A stretch of 64,000 nt of DNA from the NCBI RefSeq assembly GCF_031769215.1, contig NW_026781915.1:3472001-3536000 (forward strand). The letters run 5' to 3'. A program made the translations under genes and the position numbers. Position 1 is the first letter of the stretch; every line of letters begins with the position of its first letter. Source of the DNA: Ylistrum balloti. Lineage: Eukaryota. Below the pieces are notes generated by a model. That model saw nothing but the letters and a program-made list of their open reading frames with translations. It was not told where the DNA came from and searched no databases. Positions 14,203-24,200 of the stretch are shown one piece after another.

Positions 14203-16233
14203 TCATTATCTAAGCATTTTACTGTATACTAATTAGTTATAAAATTTCATAAAGATGTGTTGTACTGCATTTAATATATATCTTATGAAAAAATATTATT
14301 GATCTTTTGCTTTTTTTTCAAGCACCTGTTTGTCAGATGTCTCTGTGAAAACCAGTCTTAATAAACAAAGAAGCTGTATTACATGTTACACCCATAGGGA
14401 AAGTCTTAACAAAATAATAAAGGTTAGTCTTGATCAATTACTTAATCTTGGATTTCTCATGTCACCATTTTATAAGTTTACCAAATTGATCATTTTGAAT
14501 TTAAAGTACATATAAAGTGTCCTGTTAGGAAGTCTTGTGATAATGTCTACCTTCCGTCTGTCATGATGTCCTGATGAAAATAAATTTGATCCTCGTCATA
14601 TGGATGTCTGTAATCAAACTATATGTTAATTACTAACTGCTCACACTATCAACACAGGAAGGTTCTTGGAAATCTGTGGGATATACATATGCATGAACAA
14701 TATGGGTAGACAGAATGTCTATTAAGACTCCTGAAATAAGTTGTTCTGATGCGGTATAATTAGCATTATCATTTACTGCATGTTAGGATGATGAAACTCT
14801 TATATCTTGTCTGTTTCAAAAGAAGCTAAATAAAATGTTTCAATTCTAATCTAGTTCTTCTTTAAAGGCCACTTATGAACCATTATTTTGTGTCCAAACA
14901 TTCTGGTTTTTAAAAAATCTAGTCTATCACATGCATATGGCCAAAACAAGTTCGGTCGATTATTGCATGGTTCTTGTGTCAAAATGGGTTAAGCATGTTT
15001 TTTTTCATATTCACATGGACAAAACCAAACTGAAATGACTAAAATCAGATGATATAGGTAAAACTACTTCAGCAAGACCACGTTTGGGAAACCAAAATCT
15101 TGTGCTACATCCATCCACTGACATCCAGCTCTAGCACTTTAAAAAGTGAATATATATATCTGCAGTATTCTCAAAATTTCCAGCTTTCTACCTAAAATTT
15201 CAATCCCTTTCAAAATGAAACATGGCAATTTCCTAGATATCCAGTTGCCAATGCACTATTACTTGATATCATAAAAGAATGTTCTGATCTGTACCAAAAG
15301 GAACTGTCAATGGAAATATTTATCAATTTTCTCAAGGAATAGCAACAGAATTATAATGATCTAAAAATGGAGAGTGACTACGGACAAAAGGCAAATTCTG
15401 ATGATGCTAGGATAAAAAGTTGACGACAGAAGCTGCCCCACGCCATACAAAATAGCTCACCAGCACTTTGCATCATGAAAGCTAAAAACCAAAATTAATT
15501 TTGATTTCATAAAAACAATTGTCAGCATTTTCAGAAAAATTATTTAGAAAAGATGTTCTAAATATACATATTTTGGAGGAAAGGTGTATACAAAATATGC
15601 AACTGTATCTCCGATCAATTTTTTTTTATAACACTATATATGCAGTTTATCACAAACATCTACCATAAAGAGGAGACAGTAATATTTGAAGAGTAATCAG
15701 CTCTTTGGTTCCCCGACGATATATAAGAAGTATGGTTATGCAATACAATAATGGCATTTTGTAGTAATTACATCATCATGTACACTTAGGAAAATAAGAA
15801 ATGGATGGTACACAAGATTGCAACCAAATAACTGAAAAGGGACAGAGAAAGAACTGGCAGTTATATTACTTTGTCTTAAATTACCTGTCATTCATTTTCA
15901 TGTGAAGTGCCTGAAACACAGATTGTCACTATACACTTATCTACAACATGAGGTGATTATACTTTCATCATCTTGGTGTAAATTGACTACATGTTTTAAC
16001 TATAATAAAAAAAGAAATTGGGCAATGTTAGCAAGTGATTGCTATCAATGCATGGCTGACATCCAAACATTAAAAAGCTTGCAATCATCATGGATGGGGA
16101 AATAAAAATAATTTTCAAAATAAAACACATTTATAGTCTGTGACTACATTTAATTATTACATTTTGCCTTCCAAACTCAGGCTAAGTGGTCTGATGAGCT
16201 ACAACAATTGCAAAGTAATATCTGTACAACCTT

Positions 16234-16239
16234 TTTATT
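16234..16239 (-). terminator. Probable poly(A) signal of the glycine-rich RRM gene
   Basis: AATAAA on the minus strand about 250 nt after the stop, followed by a GT-rich tract (ttactttgcaattgttgt). Confidence 0.5.
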
Positions 16240-16485
16240 AATGATTAAGGGAAATTCGTGGCAACAACATTAATCATGGTCTGATGTGTTAATAGTCAAA
16301 GTTCCTCTTTGTAGCTCCAATACAAGAAATGAAGTGTAACTGTTCTGAAAGCCTGTTACTATTACAATGTCTGTCTGTAACTCCAACATCTGAATGTATA
16401 TATACATATATACGATATTAGGAGCGATGCTGGTGATCGAGTCAGATGAGAGCGAGTACAACAATAACACACGTGTTGTATTCAC

Positions 16486-17052
16486 CTACCAGCCACCACC
16501 TCTTGAGCCGTTGCCTCCGCCTCCTCCTCCATAGCCAGATCTCCCACTCGATCCATAACTATCCCCATCGTAGTTGTTTCTTCCTCCTCCTCCTCCGTAG
16601 TTTCCTCCTCCGTATGGTCTTCCACCACCACCACTTCCGTAGTTTCTGCCACCACTACCTCCGTAACCACCCGATGAACCATAGCTGTCACCACTTCCGT
16701 ACCCACGCCTTTGGAATCCATCACCACCTCCGTAGTTGGACCGTTGTTGGTAGTTGGACGACCGTTGTTGGTAGCCGCCACCATAATTCACTCTCCCGCC
16801 ACCAGGTTTTGACTCCGCTATCGAAACCTTTAGTCTGCGCCCGTCCAATTCATGGTCCATGGTAATCGTATTTCCTGCTTCTGAGGGATCCTTAAATGTG
16901 ATAAACGCGAACCCTCTTGACCGACCTGACTCACGATCCAAAACAATGTTGCATTCAAGAACATTGCCGTATTGTTCGAAATGGTCTCGTAGATCGCCTT
17001 CTGATGAATTAAAACTTATATTTCCGACATATAATTTACAATTGTCTGCCAT
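16486..17052 (-). CDS. RRM plus glycine-rich RNA-binding protein (CIRBP/RBM3/GRP-like), 188 aa, intronless CDS
   Basis: RNP2 LYVGNI and RNP1 RGFAFITF, then ELDGRRLKV, followed by a low-complexity Gly/Tyr/Arg tail (YGGGG, RG/RGG). Confidence 0.93.
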   Translation of the reverse strand: MADNCKLYVGNISFNSSEGDLRDHFEQYGNVLECNIVLDRESGRSRGFAFITFKDPSEAGNTITMDHELDGRRLKVSIAESKPGGGRVNYGGGYQQRSSNYQQRSNYGGGDGFQRRGYGSGDSYGSSGGYGGSGGRNYGSGGGGRPYGGGNYGGGGGRNNYDGDSYGSSGRSGYGGGGGGNGSRGGGW

Positions 17053-17149
17053 ATTGTCTTAATGTTCGTGATTGAGTTCTCAATGAAGCGTTTCTGATAC
17101 AGTTCTTCAGGATGTAAAAGTCTTTCTGCGATGCTTAGATAACGCGTTG

Positions 17150-17200
17150 CAGGCGCACTGGCGGCAAAGGCTGTTCCGGTACGAAATGAGCATGCGCGTA
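17150..17200 (-). promoter_or_regulatory. CpG-rich promoter of the RRM gene with NRF1-like (GCGCATGC) and ETS-like (CCGGAA) motifs
   Basis: Local CpG enrichment. GCGCATGC at 17197-17190 and CCGGAA at 17179-17174, 120-150 nt upstream of the ATG. Confidence 0.45.
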
Positions 17201-18491
17201 AAGATTTCTTGTTACCTCCCCTGATTTAGGTTACACTCAGCAGTTCGCACGCTTACAAAAATAAGTTCCATAACTGAACTATTTACAAAATTATAAATTG
17301 TGAAAAGTTTGCAGAGGTTGCTTACATCAAACTTGCTTAATCATTTGTTATTGATGTACAGTGTGCTTTCAGTGCAATATATCACGCTGACCGATCATAT
17401 TTAATTGCGTTCATAGTGCGCACATTTTCACGTAGACAGTGATCACGTGTTTTAAAAGGTGTTGGTGTTACTCGTGCGTTCATAATCCATCGAAAATACA
17501 AAATACGAAATGAATAGTAAATGCAAGCGATTTGCAAGCTGCAGATAGCGAAGTTTTGAAATAGAGGATGCTGGAATCCAGGAATAAGTGGGCGGGAACC
17601 GGGAGTCTGGGAGATAGGAGTGGGGCAGGGACGGGAAAACGAAGTTAGGAGGTCGGAAATCGGGAATACGTTCCGAGTTTGACACTATCAATTATGAGAC
17701 TTGTTGCCACCATATTTTGACAATGTGTATTTTTTTTTTTTTTTTTTGCAGTTTTTTAGAAGTACTCGAAATAAAATGTAATTATAATTTTCTAATCAGG
17801 ACAGACAATGCTAATTAGGCCGCAATAATTATAGCCTAGAAGCACGGTTAGATAAGAGTAATTGGTAACTGTGAGGAGATGAGGCACTTCGATGGCACGA
17901 GTTATTGTCCACAACTATTGTATTAATTATTGTCAAAGTAAGTATCAAACTACTTTGTTATGTACAATATTTGTAATGGTGTACCGTCATACTGTTCTAA
18001 TTTTCATGATTCAAAGTGCTATTGGGACAGATACAAGGCCTGCTATGTATACACAGTTATAAGGTGTCTAATATACGGAATCCAACTTGTATACACCTTC
18101 ACACAGAAAGACATTGAAGGTAACTGGTCAAGTTGGTGCAAGTTTTTTTTTTCAAAAACTGTTAATGTGACAATTGCCTGCTTCCATGAACAAAAACATG
18201 TATTGCCTTAGTGTTGCAATAAACAATGAAACAACTTGATGAATTGATGAATGTTGCTTACTGCTAATTCACGACATTGGCTACCACTTTTATCTGTTTA
18301 ATTTGCATCACATGTTCTTGGTATGCTCAAATCTGAAACATCTCCTGGATTCAAAATAAAAATCCATAGGTTCTGATGAGAATCACTCTATGATGAGGAA
18401 TTATTTGTAATAAGGAGTTCACAATAGAAATGCTGATTGGAGACCAATTCCACACAAAAAACAAAACTCTTTTGAAATTTTAATTTTTGAT

Positions 18492-18497
18492 TTTATT
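18492..18497 (-). terminator. Candidate Dab poly(A) signal (3' UTR about 2.8 kb)
   Basis: AATAAA on minus followed by a GT-rich downstream element (gagttttgttttttgtgtgg). Confidence 0.4.
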
Positions 18498-19469
18498 GCA
18501 CTTTCCAAATTTAAGTTTTTTGGTAAAAACAAGTAAATTCTTCTTTTGTAATAATACCGATAATCTATACATATATAACAGTATCATTGACACCAAGCAC
18601 AGGTTTAGGACAGAGTAATCTCCCTTGGTTTGGCATGTAAGCATGTGTGTAGGCATTAAAGATGGGGAATATAAAACAAATATATAGACGCTTTTGCATA
18701 ATAAATACCATATTTACAATATTAAAATGATTTTTCTCCTACGATGCCCAAACAAAATCTATCAACAAGAGATATTCTCGATAACAAATTGCAAGTAATA
18801 TGGCATCATGAGGATTGATTATTACTGTAAAGTAATAATATAGGAATATAGAGATAAATAATATAATTTAACAAGTTGTGGAATCGTAAGTAATTATTTA
18901 AACTTGTATAGTATGTGTACATACAAATTAATATTAAAATTCCTTCACTCATAAAAAATGATACAAAAAATCATTCAAATTAAGTAATTTATAAAATAAT
19001 CTATATAACAATGATAAAAGTATATTAACAATAGTGTAAGCACACAGTTGACAAGTACTGCAAGCATATAGAATACTGACATAACAGATATAATGCATAG
19101 GTTATACAAATTACTCGATATTTATCTAGAATTGATATCTAATGGTACACCATAACTTCTTTATTTCAGAGATATATTCATGTAAGAAGATATTGGCAGC
19201 ATTACTTGTTGGATTTGCCAATGAACACAGCACTTTTATTTTAAAGAGAATCACTAAATTATTGATAACAAAACCAACTGCTATTGTAAAGTTGCAGCAG
19301 ATATCTATATTATTCCAAATCTATCCTGAAACATGCAGTGGAGAGGACTATATACCTTAATACTTTGATAAAGGAATGACTGTTCAAAACACTTCCCTAC
19401 AAAAACATTTACCTTGTGTCTTATCAATGTTTCTTTCTCCAGACAATGTACCAAAAGTATAATATTCAT

Positions 19470-20050
19470 AATTCTCATTCTCCCAACAACAACATGTTTT
19501 ATCCAACATGATGTGTCTTTACAATCACATTTTTCTTTCTCTCTATAACAATGCATCTAATTCACCACAATGTGTCTTAACAATCATGTTTTTCTCTCTC
19601 TATAACAATGTGTCTAATCCATCATGATGTGTCTTAACAATCACATTTTTCTTTCTTTCTATAACAATATGTCTTATCCATCATGATGTGTCTTAACAAT
19701 CATAATTTTATTTCTCTCTATAAAAATGTGTCTAATCCATCATGATGTGTGGAAACAACCATATTTTTTTCTTCCTATAGAACATCACTTATCAATAGAA
19801 TGTGTCTTTCTCCTTAACAAGTTTCTCTCTATAACAATGTGTCTAATCTATCACGAAGTGTCTTAACAATCACATATTTTAACATGTTTCTTTCCCCTGC
19901 AGCAATGTGTCTCTCCATCTCCATGTTTCTTAACAATCACAAGTTTCTCTCTCCCTAAAGTAATGTGTAATCAATCACAAATTCTTGTACCACTCCTGTT
20001 TCTTTCTCTCTACAACAATATGTCTAATCAATCGCAATGTGTGAGCATAT
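19470..20050. repeat. About 59-bp degenerate tandem repeat (about 9 units), probably inside the Dab 3' UTR
   Basis: cca(t/a)catgatgtgtc recurs at 19503, 19619, 19678 and 19737. The unit reads ccatcatgatgtgtcttaacaatcacatttttctttctctctataacaatgtgtctaat. Confidence 0.85.
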
Positions 20051-21292
20051 CAGGCAATATGTGTAACAATGTGAAAATTAAATATCCATTAGCACCTCTC
20101 AATTAAACAGCACCGCAGACTTCAAAATGGAAATTTCAAATTTTCCATCCTTTATCTTAAATACATCACTTTGCTTTGTATATAATCATTAACCTTTCTG
20201 TTTTATATTATGGTTCCCATTTCAGGCTGCCCCTGAAAAGTTAATACTTCATTTAACAGTATCTCCCTGTTTTTAAAACTTTTAATTCAACTGCTGTACA
20301 TTACCTGCTCAGAAAGACCATGTGATCCTGTAATTTCACCACAATTTATGATAGGCACATAAGGATTCTAACCAACGTCTCTTAACTAAACACTTAGAAC
20401 TACATATCTTTTCAAAAATATATAAATTTCAGCAAAAAATATGCAATTATAAACCTTCACATCAAGAAAACTTAGGACCACTTTAATAACCATGACAGCT
20501 GGGTTTGTTGTACACAGCAGGTTCCTCCACTTGATGAGTATCACATTTTAACAATAAGGAACAAAATCATTCTTTATCATCTCAAATCTTGACAATCTAA
20601 TACAAAACCAACACCTTCACAATCCAAATACAAAATCAATTAGTAGTTTCTCACATTTCAACACCATCCATTTCAACCATATGATAAAAAATAGTCCTAT
20701 ATCATTTCTCACCTAATGTAGTGAGAGCAGTTTTGTATCGTCTCTATACAAAATGGTTGTGTATCTTCTCATACTTTACCTTATATCTAGTTACAAGAAA
20801 CTCTGTATTGTAATCAGATACAAAATAGTTCTGTGCCAGCAAAATCATTAACAATTTTAATTAAAATTCTATATATCACTTGTGTTCTACTCCTGGTCTA
20901 CAGGTTTACACACTCAATTAAGATATTTGAAAATATCATAACAACACAAAAATTAATGATGTGATGTAGGCAATTACAATGCAAAACAAGATGCTGATTG
21001 TAATAGTTCTTGGTCCAGTCTGAAATTAACCATTCCTTTCCATTTTGTGTGTCATTTAACACTATTAAAACAAAAGGTAAATAAAAAATCAATTGAATCT
21101 GGTCATGAAATTTTCTAAAAATAAAATGAGTACATTCAGTCAGTATTGAAGGCAGATGAAAGTTTAAAGGTATGGTGTGTAATAAAACACAGAATTAGTG
21201 TCCTGCATGCATTGCAATACATGTCTGTGGTAAAGGGAGATAAATCTGTCCAACTGGTTTGCTTTTTGCTCAACAGGTCACTTTGTGTCTCC

Positions 21293-24200
21293 TCAGGACT
21301 TTGGCTTGTTCACTACTGCATAGATCGGCTCCTAGGGAAAGAAATGGACCAATAAGACAACTGGTTGTGTGTTGTTCATACATATTATAAAACATGTAAT
21401 ATCAACATTAAATTATCATTTCATCAGGGAGGATTTTAGATCTGACCAACATTCATCTTATGTAACTTGAACAGTGACAAATAAAGCAGAAATGTGATAA
21501 CCAGCAAGCAATGTGTTGTTTTTTTTTTAAGTAAAAGCCAAGCATTGTTAGCTGCACCTGACAACATGTAACTAACATCATATTAATTAACAGTACAAAA
21601 CGACAGCCAACAGTAGTCTCACCTCAGTGCACAATAAAGGTCGTGTCACCTCATATCACTGCATTAATTCTGAAATAGGAGATCAGTGTTATAATAATTG
21701 GCTCCCATTTAATCACAATCACTTAAAGACTTACAGCATAATATGTTTTTAAGGACGAAAGGTCCGACAGCTGTCTGTAGAATTAACACCATGTAACCTT
21801 GCTATCAGGACTACCTATAGGACTGGACCAAAAATTGGTCTCAATATTGAAGGATTCTTTTAAAAATAACAAAACATACAGTGTAAAGGAACAAGAGGAA
21901 ATTTTGGAGAACTGGAATGAAGTCACCTTAAATTGCAAGGTGGTTACGATTTTGAGTTGGTCTTTAAGAGTGGCTTAAAAGTTCTTGAATATATCAGAAA
22001 GTTCATTCTTTCTGACAGGAGAGGGAAATGGGAAATTGACATAAGGGATAAATAGATCTGATTTTTAACATGGTTTCCAACATAATAAATATCAATCAGA
22101 CACAATGAGAGACATAAGTGCATATGAATTGTTAAGCTCCGATTAAACATGGTGCATATACAAAAAAAAAGGTTAAAACAGTCCTGCCCTTTGTAAAACT
22201 CTTTAAGCCAATGGATAATTTGAATGTTGATTATCAAGCTCTTGTAGACTGTAGATGATTTCAAAGTTTATATATAATACAATTTCAGGACGATGATAAT
22301 TCAAGATTGTCCTATACGATAGAAACTCTGTATTAGATCATGGATTATCCCAATATTGATCTGTGAGAATAAATTCTTAGAGCTTAATTTCAATGCAGTT
22401 AATCTGAGAGTAACTTTCAGTGGATAACTTTAAAATGTGTTTTTGTAGTTTAGTGTATCATTATGTGGTAATCTCAATATTATTCAGATTGTTTTCATAT
22501 CAAATAACATGATCATCAATATTCAAGACTGTCTCAATAATTAATAATTAAAGCAGAAAGCAGTTAACAGCAGCAAATAAACTACTCCATAGAAAATTAA
22601 GGTGAGTACATGCAGTTCTTAGTCCTCCTCTTGTCTTATCACTCTGGTCACACATATGATTATAGACTATACAAAGTAATATTAAGTAATACCTTTGTTA
22701 GCATAACTATTGCCCACAAAAATGATAACCCTATTCAGAGTGACTATTTCCAACACAAGATAATACCCCTAGTCAGAGTGACTTTGGTTTTGTCAGGGTA
22801 ATTATTCACTACACAAATACCCCTTGTCAGAGCGATTATTCACCAAACAAATAACAATTTCACATCCTTGAAAATTTACCAATCCTTGTCAATTCACACT
22901 AGGTAGAATATTATCACTATTAAGAGCAAGTGTAAATGATGCTCAGGATGTATTACATGGAAGCTTGGGGGTTTACTAAAGGCAGATTCCAATAAAATTA
23001 ACTGGTACCTACAACTATAGAGACTATAAACAGTTTAAAAGTACAAGCTACATTATACAATGTGACAAATTTCTCCCAGTTATAACTCCAACTTCAAAAT
23101 ACACTTGTCCACACTTAAAACACTGACTGATGACATACAGCCTATATTATCATTACTACCGATGAAGGGAAGGTGTGAACGACACACTTACTATAGTATT
23201 GAACAAAGTATTGATACTATTGTATTGAAGTATTCAAATAATCGAGTCAAGTATACAACGACCTCTGTGATTGGTCGGGGGCGGAGTTTAGACAACCTGA
23301 ATAGTTGATCTGACACCCAATTTGTTCCGGTAGGCGGAGTTAATGTACACTATCAGTTACATAACAATTACTAAGTAATCGCTGGAAAAATGTCCGACGA
23401 CGGCAACAGTACGCAAAATTTTCTTCGACGAAATTATGTCCGATACGAACGATATGGGGAATCCTGTTTTTGTACAAGGCGATGTGGTTGTGATGGATAA
23501 TTGTGGATTCCATCACCAAAGACAGGGAGAGCGCATTTTAAGAAATATGCTGAAAGAATATGGCGTGTCCCTGGTTTTTCAGCCGCCTTATTCCCCGGGA
23601 TACAACGTAACTGAATATGTATTCAATGTCATGAGACAGAGGCTTCGGGCAAATACCCGACTTGTGTCAGAATTTCTGGAACTTGCAGTAGTAAATGCTC
23701 TAGATATTCCGCCCCACCAACTTCAAAGTTTTTTCACATGTTGCGGATATGTATAATCTTATATAGTATATAAGTCCGTGGTATAATTTTCGATGGAAAG
23801 ATAAAAAATAAAATAAAAAATATATGGGACCACAGAATTCCTTTACTTTTTAATGCAGTATGAATTATCGGCATATATCAGGAGGTCCCAGGTAAATCGT
23901 AATTCTTTGTTACATATAATAGAGCTTGGGCTTAAACCGAAATATTTTGAGCCAACCCTTCCCCCCCCCTTTCAAAAAAACAAATAAATAAATAAAACTA
24001 GTACAGAATGACTATATGACTATATTCACTGTTAAGATGTTATGAATTCTCCGGTCCCAGTGATCTAACCTGTTGATATATATTTTGTACGTAAATTAGT
24101 TTAGTACTGAGTAACTTTCGTTTTCTCGTTGTACCATCGATGGAAAAGCAAGGTATCATTGGGTGTAGAACGAAACAAATGGGACTACCCAATTAGGTCT

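Noticed and set aside
16446-17062. His-rich plus-strand ORF 16446-16865, ORF 16859-17062 and alternative-frame ORF 16482-16784
   Set aside because: They are antisense or frame shadows of the Gly-rich RRM ORF. GGN-rich codons are depleted of stops in other frames.
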